From: an uncultured candidate division Zixibacteria bacterium
GTDB taxonomy: Bacteria; Zixibacteria; MSB-5A5; UBA10806; 4484-95
Direction of reading: 5' to 3'
Assembly: GCA_963668625.2 (NCBI GenBank)
Contig: CAXXKA010000008.1
Location: forward strand, 192,001 to 256,000
DNA length: 64,000 nucleotides
This document shows positions 51,433 to 61,678 of the stretch, piece after piece (the stretch's first letter is position 1; every line of letters starts with the position of its first letter). The notes below the pieces were generated by a model. The model made no database searches and was not told the DNA's origin. It saw nothing but the letters and a program-made list of their open reading frames with translations. The translations under genes and the position numbers were made by a program.

Positions 51433-53772
51433 CTATTTCAAAAACAACATTTTTTTAGTTTCCGTAAATTCGCTCGTTTGTATCTTGTAAAAATAAATTC
51501 CCGATGATACATTACCGGCATTCCAGATAACTTCGTGATAACCCGCTGCCTGTTTTTCATTGACTAACGTTTCAATCTTACGACCCAAGAGATTGTAAAC
51601 CTCGATAGTCACATCAGATGTCTGCGCCAGATTATATTTTATAGCCGTTCTAGCATTGAACGGATTTGGATAGTTTTGAGACAACTCGAATGTTGCGGGT
51701 AAACCAGACGGATCATCATCAATTGCAACAAGTGAGTCATTAAACTCGAGGCAGAAAGCAAGCTCCTCATCTAACCGAGTCCATCGCTGCTCGACTAAAT
51801 CATACTGTATACCATTCCCTGAAAAGCCGGAATTTTGCCACTGGAAGTGACAGTCGTGTGTTCCATAATCCTCTATGATAATCCAGCCTCTTTCTAAATA
51901 AAAATTCCGATCCAATGGCGCCGTGAATTTATAATGAGGTAATCGCCATTCGTAGTATTCATGGCCGGTTCTCTCAGCCGAAGCAGTAACATCAAAAATC
52001 TCCACAGTATCTCCGGGCAAAAATGGGTTGTTGGGGTTATATTCACAGAAAATTATTTTAAACGGATAAGAATACGAATCAAACTCACAGGGAGAATCGG
52101 CGGTATCAGCATCTATATACATTCCCCACCAGGAAACTTGATTTATAGAATCGGATAAACCCTCAAAATCATCTGCACCTAAAAAACCGGCTTGAATATC
52201 AGATAAACAAAATTCCCAATGACCATACATCGTCGTAGGGTCTTGTCCCAGTATAGTGGATTCGCTGCAAGACTGCGGCAGAAGGCCGGTCACATTAATA
52301 ACATAAGTTCCCTCGAACCTGTAATCTACCGTCATAGGATACAGATAAGTACCTGGTGGAAGTGCCGGCCAATCAAAAAGTAAAGTCATATTAGGACAAT
52401 CGTCCGACATTGCATTTGGATCCAGTTGGCCTACTATCCACGGTGAATCAGAGCATGGGCAATCCTCGGTAAAACCATCCGTCATCCTAAGATAGTGAAC
52501 AATATTGGTATTACCGCAGTAATCAAGCTGAACATCCATAGTATCTTCAAGTGTAAACTTGATCCAAACATGCCGTCTCGGCAGATCACGGTGTAAGGAC
52601 GGACAATCAGTGAGAGCACCCGTATTATCGCCCATGAATTGTACGGTTTCATTCGGCCTTAGTATCCCGCCATCAATTGCATTTTCGCAGTTTTCGTTTG
52701 CCGGAGTCGGAACGGGCACGATAGTTAGTTTACCTTCAGTTTGAGTTCCTTCATGTCCAATTTCGATCAAGTATTGTTGTCCCGCGATCGCGTCAAAAAT
52801 AAGTCCCGGGCTCTCTGAGTATTCACTACTTATATTTATAGGATTATAGTCGGGAGTGAAGACCTTCAAAGTATAATCGCCATGATCTATTGGATAATTT
52901 GCGCCTGAAACAATTATGTAATAAGTTTCATCCGCAAAAACAGGAATATTATAAGCCGCTACTCCGCGCACGCCAACCTCTGAATCGTAGTAATTGGCAT
53001 AATTTTGACAGGCTAATTCTTCACCATCGGGACCCAGGATTTGCACGGCCGTAAAATATTGATTTTCAAAATCATTTAAAACCGAGGGGCAAAGGATAAT
53101 GGCGAGTAAATCATCGGCGGTAGCAGTATATGAATAGACGACGTCGGGAGCAGATGACCACGGAGAACAGGATGAAGTATAGTCGCCAACATATCCATCG
53201 GTTGTGCCGGTGTGAACTACCGGTAGAGGATCGGAAATCGGCGAAGCCGTTTCTATCGTTTCGCCGCCCTGATACTCTACAGGGGCTGGAAAGGTTTCAA
53301 ACACGGGGCAATCGGAACCGTCATATATCGCAAATGAATTTCGGCTTTGCCTTCCATATATAAGGCTATCGGTTATAACCTGAACCCGGCTGGTAGTTGA
53401 GGCAGTATACAGATACCAAATATCAGGTAGGGTTATGAAATCGCTGCCGCCGAGCGTGGCTTCTCCAAAACTGATTGGTAGATCCTGCACATCGCCAATC
53501 TCAATAGCGTTAATACAATCATCATTAACGGGAACATCCAAAATAGTACCGCTTTTAACAGGTGGAGGCGGCAGGGAATTACCTGAACGCAATATATATC
53601 CATCTGGTTCTCTCTCTATAATTACTGGTTGATCCGAATAACCGTCGGATATATATATCAGGGTATCTTTTTGAACTACATCCGACTCGGAAATTCCGAG
53701 TTTATCAGATGCTCCGGCAATTAAAACCAAAGTAATTGCCAGGGTTAGTGACATCAGTAAAATCTTTTTCAT
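51433..53772 (-). CDS. Secreted multi-domain protein with FlgD-Ig/T9SS-type CTD (unit 2)
   Basis: Signal peptide; PVNDDC, GGETIETA, SWWG domains; LSQNYPNPFN CTD. Confidence 0.85.
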   Translation of the reverse strand: MKKILLMSLTLAITLVLIAGASDKLGISESDVVQKDTLIYISDGYSDQPVIIEREPDGYILRSGNSLPPPPVKSGTILDVPVNDDCINAIEIGDVQDLPISFGEATLGGSDFITLPDIWYLYTASTTSRVQVITDSLIYGRQSRNSFAIYDGSDCPVFETFPAPVEYQGGETIETASPISDPLPVVHTGTTDGYVGDYTSSCSPWSSAPDVVYSYTATADDLLAIILCPSVLNDFENQYFTAVQILGPDGEELACQNYANYYDSEVGVRGVAAYNIPVFADETYYIIVSGANYPIDHGDYTLKVFTPDYNPINISSEYSESPGLIFDAIAGQQYLIEIGHEGTQTEGKLTIVPVPTPANENCENAIDGGILRPNETVQFMGDNTGALTDCPSLHRDLPRRHVWIKFTLEDTMDVQLDYCGNTNIVHYLRMTDGFTEDCPCSDSPWIVGQLDPNAMSDDCPNMTLLFDWPALPPGTYLYPMTVDYRFEGTYVINVTGLLPQSCSESTILGQDPTTMYGHWEFCLSDIQAGFLGADDFEGLSDSINQVSWWGMYIDADTADSPCEFDSYSYPFKIIFCEYNPNNPFLPGDTVEIFDVTASAERTGHEYYEWRLPHYKFTAPLDRNFYLERGWIIIEDYGTHDCHFQWQNSGFSGNGIQYDLVEQRWTRLDEELAFCLEFNDSLVAIDDDPSGLPATFELSQNYPNPFNARTAIKYNLAQTSDVTIEVYNLLGRKIETLVNEKQAAGYHEVIWNAGNVSSGIYFYKIQTSEFTETKKMLFLK

Positions 53773-53854
53773 ATTTTCCTCCTGCTGAAAAGTTTACAAA
53801 TTTACTGGAATTATCTAAATCATCTAAAATGCTGCTATTTGATCCTGATAGTAT

Positions 53855-54775
53855 CTACGTCTTATCATCTTGTTTAACTTTAATATCCTCCGACTCGTAT
53901 AAATAATATTTTTTGTTATCGACGACGTAATAATCCCTGGCTTTCTCCCAGACCGATTCAAACAACAACTTAAAACTTTTAGCCATTGCTTCATGTTTAG
54001 TAACAAGCATCGTTAATGATGTTTTCGTTTTAATGGGATCCTCAAGAGCGAAGAAACAAACCTCTTGATCAAACACAAATAATTTAACGGGAAGTTCATC
54101 GACGAATCTAGTGTCGAGATCCCTTGTGCGCCCTTCAATGAATTCTTCAGTAGAACTCAGCTCATCATTAAAATAGCTCATTATTAATTCTTCAGTTGGC
54201 ATTTGAACAACAGCCCGGGGGATAACGTTTCTATTAAAGGCAGCAATCTGAGTCTTCCTTTGCTCAACTATTTGTTCACTTGTAGCATAAGTAAACGGCG
54301 GTTTAGTGAATCCTAAGACCTCAGTTTGGGCTTTGGAAAATAATTCGATGAATTTGCGGTGAATTTGGTTTGGGTTTTTAATAATTTCTATGTAATCAAG
54401 CGGGCCGGTAACCTTGTTTTCCTCAGGATAAATATCCACCAGCTTTTTTTTCAAAGTCAGAGTGATTTTCTGAATATTCTCTTCTTTGTTATCCCACTCT
54501 CTTCTCCCGCTGGCAATTAAATTTTCTCTGAGTGAATCAATATTGATTGCGCTGTATTTCTTCAATTTGCCGGGCTTATAACTTGCTATTCCTTTTTTGA
54601 CCAGAGTATCGAGGACATCGTAGATTCTACCTCTCGGCACCCCTGATATCTTACTCACATCGGCCGTGTTCAGTGAGCTTCTCTCTAACAGAGCAAGATA
54701 CGCCTTGGCCTCGTAAACACTCAATCCAAGCTCATTTAGATATTTAATCAATGAATCTTGCGCTTTCATAAGCAT
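53855..54775 (-). CDS. TrmB-family transcriptional regulator (unit 2)
   Basis: LGLSVYEAKAY..VPRGRIYDVL; LPVKLFVFD..FESVW. Confidence 0.9.
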   Translation of the reverse strand: MLMKAQDSLIKYLNELGLSVYEAKAYLALLERSSLNTADVSKISGVPRGRIYDVLDTLVKKGIASYKPGKLKKYSAINIDSLRENLIASGRREWDNKEENIQKITLTLKKKLVDIYPEENKVTGPLDYIEIIKNPNQIHRKFIELFSKAQTEVLGFTKPPFTYATSEQIVEQRKTQIAAFNRNVIPRAVVQMPTEELIMSYFNDELSSTEEFIEGRTRDLDTRFVDELPVKLFVFDQEVCFFALEDPIKTKTSLTMLVTKHEAMAKSFKLLFESVWEKARDYYVVDNKKYYLYESEDIKVKQDDKT

Positions 54776-54836
54776 CTTTCACTTAGGTTTTCATTCGCTT
54801 TATTCATACTTTTATTGAAGGTCTCAACTTTTATTA

Positions 54837-54881
54837 ACCACTATATAGTGGTGAATATATAAAATGACGGAATAATGTCAA
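54837..54881 (-). promoter_or_regulatory. Unit 2 promoter and perfect palindrome
   Basis: TTGACA-N16-TATATT; ACCACTATATAGTGGT. Confidence 0.75.
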
Positions 54882-54976
54882 GTAATAATTCATAACTGTA
54901 TGTACTACTATGTATTACGGGACACTGCTACATGAAGGGAAACTGAATATAATGTATATTAGAGCATCATCAACAC

Positions 54977-55002
54977 AAAAAAGGCGGCCTTTCGACCGCC
55001 TT
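54977..55002 (-). terminator. Rho-independent terminator, unit 1
   Basis: AAGGCGG/CCGCCTT stem + TTTT. Confidence 0.8.
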
Positions 55003-55075
55003 ATCGTTACCCGTAAAGTAGAGCAATTAGTATTATGCTGAATCGGAATTGATATCCCGTTCAGAGCAAGATGGG

Positions 55076-57895
55076 CTATTCACAGTTTGGCCAACCGGAG
55101 GGAGCATCAATTGGTAAATCCTCAGGTGTCGGCCAGGCAGTTTCGTAATCCGGGCAATATTGAAGATCACCAGCGCCTCGGAAATATTGCACCAGATAGG
55201 TAACATCAGCACCGATTACTGAACAGTCTCCGTTAGCATCAGCCGAATTATAGAAACCACCGACCAGACATGGCGCGGCGATAGCCCGGAAATAGTTCAC
55301 CAGGTAGGTGACATCCGCGCCGATTACATTCGGCGGCCACGAGCCGGCAGCCATGTTGGCATCACCGGGGAGGTATTCGTAAGTGTTGCCGTTAGTTGTA
55401 CCAAACAGGCAGAAAGCGAGATCGCCATAGACTTCGGATATTGTCCAGGCGCCATCGTCAATTTTATAGTAAGCGGTGGAACCGGTTTGAGAATCCGTGG
55501 TCAGCCAGTATGTCGGGGATGACTCTGTTCTGCAGGCCAGGGAATAGGTGCCCGCCGGCAATTCGATATCGAGATTATCTAATTGATAGGCATAGACAAT
55601 GAAACCCTCACCGTACTCATACCCGGTTGATACTCTAGTACAGGCCGCGCCGGTACTTTCATAAAGCACCTCACCCGGTACACCACCGTCATTAGCAATG
55701 ATTTGATAATCGGCGGCATCATTGAAATACGGTTCATTATAATTACTGGCTGCGCAGATAAATTTTACACTTTGCAGCGTGATATCCTCCGTGATAGTGA
55801 AATCATCGCAGGCATAGTATTCACCCCCATATTCAGTATCACGAAAAGATTCAACAGCACCTTCATAGTTAGGACCGCCATTTGTGTAGTAGGAGTCTTC
55901 GCAAGGATCAGGAATCCTGTCGATATCAAGAGTATAGCTCCCGCATTCAAAACCAGAGTAACTATCAATGGTTAGATAGTATATACCTGCCTCAAGTCCC
56001 GATACGAAAAGTTTATGATGCCCATTACCGCAATCAGCATCAATATAATTGATATCGTTTTCGCAGATTGAGGCGCCGAGATACACAGCGGACATCCACT
56101 GAGAAGCGCTATTGCAGAGAGAAAAATACCAATTGCCGGTAGTAGGGATAGTTACCTCATAAATCTGGTCTTCACCTTCATACTGAAGATAACAATCGTT
56201 GCCGGCACCGCATGTTGTACTCATTCCGGAGTAAGGCGCTGTAATAACAAAGTCCGGGTCCGGTGGTTCGGGGCAATCCACACCCGTAACATTTACTGTG
56301 TATGGTCCGCCTATACCGTTTGTTGCCCAAACTGGATAGTAGTAAGTTCCCGGTTGAATATCGTACCAGACGAAAACGGGATTATTGTTTTCGCAACTGG
56401 ATGATTGTGATGGAAACAAATAATTATAACAATCGCAGTCGGTGTGCAAATTTTGAGAAGCTTGCCAAATACTACTATTATCATCACAGTAATCTATAGT
56501 AACGTTCATACAGGATTCAACCGTGAATTGTATCCAAACCTCTGAAAACATATTAACATCACAATCCAGCGTCGCGCCGGTGCTGTTACCTGTATACTGA
56601 ACCGGAACACCTGATTGAAGCGTACCACCATCATCGGCATCCGTACAGTCATCATTAGAAGGGGTATCAGGCGCTTCATTTATTGTTAGTCTACCATTGC
56701 CTGATGAACCATCCTGGCTACCGATCTCTATCAGGTATTGCTGACCTGTCACAACATCAATATCGAATCGTGTTTCACTGGTACAGCCAAGTTCTGTTGG
56801 TAATGGTGAGCAGCTATAGCCATCATAAACCGCCATTTGGATATTGAACATAGTTTCGCTGAGCTCTATAAGAGCGGTACCGGTAAATGATGGTGTGTAA
56901 ACGAACCAGATATTCGGCCCCTCGCTAATGCAGTTGCCGCTGCCATCGTATACCGCGCCGCGAGTGGAAAAATCTAATTCCGAGACCTCGCCTATAGCAG
57001 CAGCGTCACCGCAATCATCGTTATCGGGAAGTAAGGGGCAGTCTGTACCGGTAACATTTACAGTATAATCCCCCTCGGAAATTATAGGATAGTAATACGT
57101 ACCGGCTTCCAAGTTATACCAGGTCAATGAGGGATTTCCCATCATGCCACAGTAAGTTAAATTATTATTTTCAAGTGCGCCACCGCAGGGGCATTCGCTA
57201 TACAACTGATTGATGTAACTATAAACCATATTCATATCATCACAGTAGTCAATCGTAACATCCATACAGGAGGTGATCGTAAATTTAATCCAGACCTCAG
57301 GATTCCAGAGTTCCCCACAGTCTTGCGTCGCACTAATTGCACTACCACTGAGTTGTTCACTCTGATCGGCGACAAGGGTACCGGCATCCGTAGCGTCTTC
57401 GCAATCATCATTTTCCGGAGGCGGCGGGCAGTCAACGCCGGTAATGTTGACTACGTAGGAACCGGCTTTCCCGTCATTGTCTTCTATGGAATAATAGTAT
57501 GTGCCTGCTTGCAAACCATTCCAGGTTAGCGATGGGCTATCATTTGAAGAGCAGATACCCCATTCGCTGGCATATGATGCGTTGTTACAGGGACATCCAC
57601 CATATACTATCGATGATGAACTAGTTGGATTGCTAGGATCATCGCAGAAATCGATAGTAACATCCATGCAGGATTCGATAGTGAATTTAACCCAGACCTC
57701 AGGCACAGAATCCTCTCCACAATCATCTGTGGCATCTATTGTAGTTCCACTAAGTTGTTCAGTTTCACCAGCCACAAGAGTTCCGGCGTCGGTCGCGTAG
57801 GCGCAGTCATCATTGGGTGGCGGATCCGCTAATACACCAACAGGCAATAAACAACACAAGGTTAAAATCAACGTTAGAATTAAAGCTTTTTTCAT
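55076..57895 (-). CDS. Secreted Cys-rich repeat protein with C-terminal dockerin (unit 1)
   Basis: Signal peptide; PPxNDDC..ATDAGTL modules as in 31551-34253; dockerin tail. Confidence 0.85.
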   Translation of the reverse strand: MKKALILTLILTLCCLLPVGVLADPPPNDDCAYATDAGTLVAGETEQLSGTTIDATDDCGEDSVPEVWVKFTIESCMDVTIDFCDDPSNPTSSSSIVYGGCPCNNASYASEWGICSSNDSPSLTWNGLQAGTYYYSIEDNDGKAGSYVVNITGVDCPPPPENDDCEDATDAGTLVADQSEQLSGSAISATQDCGELWNPEVWIKFTITSCMDVTIDYCDDMNMVYSYINQLYSECPCGGALENNNLTYCGMMGNPSLTWYNLEAGTYYYPIISEGDYTVNVTGTDCPLLPDNDDCGDAAAIGEVSELDFSTRGAVYDGSGNCISEGPNIWFVYTPSFTGTALIELSETMFNIQMAVYDGYSCSPLPTELGCTSETRFDIDVVTGQQYLIEIGSQDGSSGNGRLTINEAPDTPSNDDCTDADDGGTLQSGVPVQYTGNSTGATLDCDVNMFSEVWIQFTVESCMNVTIDYCDDNSSIWQASQNLHTDCDCYNYLFPSQSSSCENNNPVFVWYDIQPGTYYYPVWATNGIGGPYTVNVTGVDCPEPPDPDFVITAPYSGMSTTCGAGNDCYLQYEGEDQIYEVTIPTTGNWYFSLCNSASQWMSAVYLGASICENDINYIDADCGNGHHKLFVSGLEAGIYYLTIDSYSGFECGSYTLDIDRIPDPCEDSYYTNGGPNYEGAVESFRDTEYGGEYYACDDFTITEDITLQSVKFICAASNYNEPYFNDAADYQIIANDGGVPGEVLYESTGAACTRVSTGYEYGEGFIVYAYQLDNLDIELPAGTYSLACRTESSPTYWLTTDSQTGSTAYYKIDDGAWTISEVYGDLAFCLFGTTNGNTYEYLPGDANMAAGSWPPNVIGADVTYLVNYFRAIAAPCLVGGFYNSADANGDCSVIGADVTYLVQYFRGAGDLQYCPDYETAWPTPEDLPIDAPSGWPNCE

Positions 57896-57962
57896 GTTTG
57901 ATCTCCTTAAGAAATTAAGGACTTGATTACTTCCAATTTAGTTGTTAGTTTTAATGAAGCGT

Positions 57963-58037
57963 CGGAATTAAAATCCCGCCGCGATTCTTTTGGGCTGTCA
58001 GGTGAACTCACCTGACAGTTTTTTTGCCTGATTTTCC
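57963..58037 (-). promoter_or_regulatory. Conserved structured leader upstream of dockerin gene
   Basis: GGAAAATCAGG + CTGTCAGGTGA/TCACCTGACAG hairpin + weak CGG..CCG hairpin. Confidence 0.6.
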
Positions 58038-58240
58038 TGGTTAATTTGTTTTCATCTTATAAATTAAATTACTTTAAAATTGATTCAGTACCGAACATCC
58101 CGGGTTTGTAGGTTAAGGGACTAACGCTATATTTAGTAGCGATAGTCCCGTTTTTTAGTTATTCGAAATACTTGTTTGTTTCCTTTTTTACTTCACTTAA
58201 ACGTTTCTTTAAAAACCTGATGATTTAAAATTATATCCCA

Positions 58241-61200
58241 CTATTTTATCAGCAGCATTTTTTGGGTCTCAGTAAATTCGCCGGCTTGTATCTTATAGAA
58301 ATAGATACCGGATGAAACATCCGAGGCATCCCAAATTGCGGAATGGCGACCGGCACCCAGTCGTCCCGATACTAAATTGTCAACCTCCTGCCCTAGCATA
58401 TTGTAAATGACTAACTCGACATCGCTATCATGAGGTAAAGCGAACTCGATTAATGTCTGGGCGTTGAACGGATTGGGATAGTTATGAGCCAGGTTGTAGC
58501 TTGTCGGCAATTCATTACCGTGATCATCGAATATACCGGTCTGAAGGTCGAGGGTAACCGGCACGCTGATCGGATCGAGAGCTATGTTCACATCATTGGA
58601 GGCGATATAAAGGTTACCCTGGTAAATCCTCGGATCAAGACTGGTAGCATCCAGGTTGATATCGACTGTAATCTGGCTTCCGGCCGGAACGGTTCCACTT
58701 GCAGGCTCGGCATAAAGCCATGGCATCTGAATCAGTGTGGCCAGGCCGCTATATGCATAGTTATCACAGTATGCTACCTGCGAGGCGATTTCTCCGGTTC
58801 CATTTTGTATACCTGTGATCATTGAGGCCACCGGACCTTGCATGTCTTCATACTGGAAAAGTATCCGGCCGTCAGAGTATAGAATTACTTGGAATGTGTA
58901 GTATGGGCCGAAATTAATCAAATCCATGTAATTAAGGTCACTCCAGGTAATCACGGCCATATCGTCGTCAGCATACCAGGTGATCTTGGATGATTCGTTA
59001 ACATTTAAGTTGAAATCTGACCAGAAAGGGGCTACTACATTTTTAGGCAAATCTTCGTTAGGGATCCCCGGAAGCAGCCCACCTGAGCCGCGAGGGTATA
59101 GCTCGCTGTCGGTAAAAGAGATATAACCTGTTGAGGAGACATATAAAGAATTGAACATTTGACCATAGAAAGGAAATTCAAACTCCAGTTGAAGCGGCCC
59201 TGTTATTTCGAGAGTATTTAAATTTAACTCCTGATGTAAGGCAGGGCTTACCCAGCTGTACTCAGGACCATGAATTTCATCCGAATCGATCCAGACATAA
59301 CCGAATTCATCAGGACCGTTGTAACCCATTACCCTCGGGAGATCGTCTGCGTTATAAGACAGGGATGTTTGACCTGCGCTCAGGTTCGGCCGTTCAAGAT
59401 AATCAACATCGGCAGCTCTTCTTTCAAGGTTGATATTATTTATAGTAGTCGGCATTATGGTAAAGTCGACATCGAGATCACCGTCATTGGTCAGGGTAAG
59501 CTGGGTCGTATATATATCACCCGAGGTAGTATCCATCTGAATAGATTCTCTGTCGACAACCAATTGCCCGCCGGAGGCCGGAGTAGCTGAAACCTCAATG
59601 GCGGGTTCTGATTCAACAATCTCATCGCCGGTGTCATAAGCAGCAGTTACAGCATAGTAGTAAGTTGTGCCGTTACTAACATCTTCATCGTTATATGAAG
59701 TCTCGGTCGTTTGTTCAACAATCCGGTTGCTTTCAGTAATGTCTACATTTGGTTGGGTATCACGGTAGATATTGTAGCCTAAGAAGTCAGCCTCCAGGGT
59801 TGAGGCAATAAGCGGATTTTCAGGATCAGGATCATTGATAGTCAGAACAGTATTAATGGTGTGGGTTCTGATACTGGCACGGATCATCATATCTCCCTGG
59901 TCCGCGTACGCACCTGGTTCATGGTGCCAGATGTCCGCTTCATCGCGCCACCACATCTTTGCGATATGATTTGCCCTTCTATCCTGGCCGAGGAAATCAT
60001 AATTGAATTGGCTATCACTGATGTTATTAAACGAAACCCAAAACTTTTCAGTCTCAATTATAATGGGCGGATCGAAAACATGAAAAATCCATTCACCGTA
60101 ATTAGCGATATCGGTAATATCGGCAAGCATGTTACCGGGAGAACCATCACCGGCATCATCGAAAACTTTAATCTGTACCGAATCGTGAACAGGGTAAACC
60201 ATTTCTCCCCAGCCGGCATCGCCTGCAGTGGGAACATGAACGAAAACCGTACAAACCTGAATAGGAGGCAAGGCTTCGAATTCCATAGCATGCAAATTAT
60301 CCGAATCATAAAATCCCGCTCCACAGTTACCATCATCATAGGCCAGCAATGTACATGGAGGGGTTCCCGGTTCATACCAGTGCAAGGGTACAACATTATT
60401 CTGGTCGTTTGCCGTACTCAATTCGATTGGCGGCAGGAATTCAGCCCATACCTCAAAATCAACTGTCAGCGTGTCGTTGAAATTGTTTTCATCCGTAACG
60501 AGAGAACTTACAGCCGTTAAGATATATGTGCCTTGAGTAATGGGGGCGTATTCGGGAAATGTAATATCAGTTATGGCGTTAGACTCCAGATCGTTGATGA
60601 TTTGGGTTTCAGCATACACAATGGCATCGTTAAACGATATTGTTAAACTCACATCGAAAGAAGCCGACTGGGCGCCCATGTTGTCAAATGTAACTACCGG
60701 CGCAAACGGTTCGGATACCTGCAACACGCCGATCGGCGCCGTAAATGCCCTCGGCATCACATCATAATCTAAAAGAGGTTCAGGGTAAATAAGGATGGCC
60801 ATATTGTCATGAATGTATTCTTCCCAATATGCTATTTCCAGGCCATCAGTACCATCGATATTTTCAATGCCAATAGTTGATTGCTCGAGATGTCCGAATT
60901 CACCGGGATCCATAGAACCGTATTGGAGAAGGATTTTACCATCAGGATAGAGTATAGCCTGAAAATTAAGCGCGCCGTTGTGCCAAAATAGAGGCACGCC
61001 TTCATATGACACTATAAAACGATTGCCGGGCTCATCATAGTAATAGTAGATATGCCCATAACCTTCCATATCGTAAGGAGATATCCCCAGGTTATTCCAT
61101 AAAATAGCAATAAAATTATTAGGAGATCTATTGTACGGAATCATCATATTAACCGGGGAAAATATATCAGTATCAAAAACCAGACATCCATCCTCGACAA

Positions 61201-61510
61201 TGCCAACAGTTTCATAAGTATTGTTATAGAAAGGAAAACTAAAACCGATATAATACGGTCCATTGTATTCATCCACCTGGGTTATAATTTCTGTTCCTAT
61301 TTCAGAAATATCAACCCATTCATATTCCGGTCCCCACGATTCGTCGGAATCAATCCAGCGATAGCCGAATAAATCTGGGCCGTTAAAATCATTAACTACC
61401 GGTAAATCTGTCGATTCTTGAACGACAACGTTCTCACCAGCCAAAGCGCCTGATATTGCCAGTACAACAATAATTAAGGCGGTTACCAAAAGCTTTCCTG
61501 ATTTACTCAT
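58241..61510 (-). CDS. Large secreted protein (two GPD.FGY.WIDSDE domains, CARDB/FN3-like modules) with FlgD-Ig/T9SS-type CTD (unit 1)
   Basis: Signal peptide; internal duplication; GYNIYR..YYYAVTA FN3 pattern; LAHNYPNPFN CTD. Confidence 0.85.
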   Translation of the reverse strand: MSKSGKLLVTALIIVVLAISGALAGENVVVQESTDLPVVNDFNGPDLFGYRWIDSDESWGPEYEWVDISEIGTEIITQVDEYNGPYYIGFSFPFYNNTYETVGIVEDGCLVFDTDIFSPVNMMIPYNRSPNNFIAILWNNLGISPYDMEGYGHIYYYYDEPGNRFIVSYEGVPLFWHNGALNFQAILYPDGKILLQYGSMDPGEFGHLEQSTIGIENIDGTDGLEIAYWEEYIHDNMAILIYPEPLLDYDVMPRAFTAPIGVLQVSEPFAPVVTFDNMGAQSASFDVSLTISFNDAIVYAETQIINDLESNAITDITFPEYAPITQGTYILTAVSSLVTDENNFNDTLTVDFEVWAEFLPPIELSTANDQNNVVPLHWYEPGTPPCTLLAYDDGNCGAGFYDSDNLHAMEFEALPPIQVCTVFVHVPTAGDAGWGEMVYPVHDSVQIKVFDDAGDGSPGNMLADITDIANYGEWIFHVFDPPIIIETEKFWVSFNNISDSQFNYDFLGQDRRANHIAKMWWRDEADIWHHEPGAYADQGDMMIRASIRTHTINTVLTINDPDPENPLIASTLEADFLGYNIYRDTQPNVDITESNRIVEQTTETSYNDEDVSNGTTYYYAVTAAYDTGDEIVESEPAIEVSATPASGGQLVVDRESIQMDTTSGDIYTTQLTLTNDGDLDVDFTIMPTTINNINLERRAADVDYLERPNLSAGQTSLSYNADDLPRVMGYNGPDEFGYVWIDSDEIHGPEYSWVSPALHQELNLNTLEITGPLQLEFEFPFYGQMFNSLYVSSTGYISFTDSELYPRGSGGLLPGIPNEDLPKNVVAPFWSDFNLNVNESSKITWYADDDMAVITWSDLNYMDLINFGPYYTFQVILYSDGRILFQYEDMQGPVASMITGIQNGTGEIASQVAYCDNYAYSGLATLIQMPWLYAEPASGTVPAGSQITVDINLDATSLDPRIYQGNLYIASNDVNIALDPISVPVTLDLQTGIFDDHGNELPTSYNLAHNYPNPFNAQTLIEFALPHDSDVELVIYNMLGQEVDNLVSGRLGAGRHSAIWDASDVSSGIYFYKIQAGEFTETQKMLLIK

Positions 61511-61678
61511 AATTCCTTCACTTTACATTTTGTTGGTTATTCCTATTTTCCTCCGTTTTGTCAACTTTCTCCATTTTCCTCCATGTAGCTGTATCAGTAT
61601 TTGTATTTATTTAGTCACAGTTATTATCGATTATTTTATCCTAAACTCCTTTTCTCTTTGACTCCTTAATGCCTCCTT

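Noticed and set aside
31551-55375. Diversity-generating retroelement (TR/VR) explanation for the repeated dockerin tails
   Set aside because: No reverse transcriptase in the window; differences are mostly synonymous and not adenine-specific; all copies are coding
31551-57895. Classical cellulosome
   Set aside because: No cohesin/scaffoldin or glycoside hydrolase catalytic domains recognised in the window
58117-58156. Riboswitch (e.g. c-di-GMP) in the unit-1 intergenic region
   Set aside because: Only a simple GGGACTA/TAGTCCC hairpin; no conserved aptamer motifs recognised
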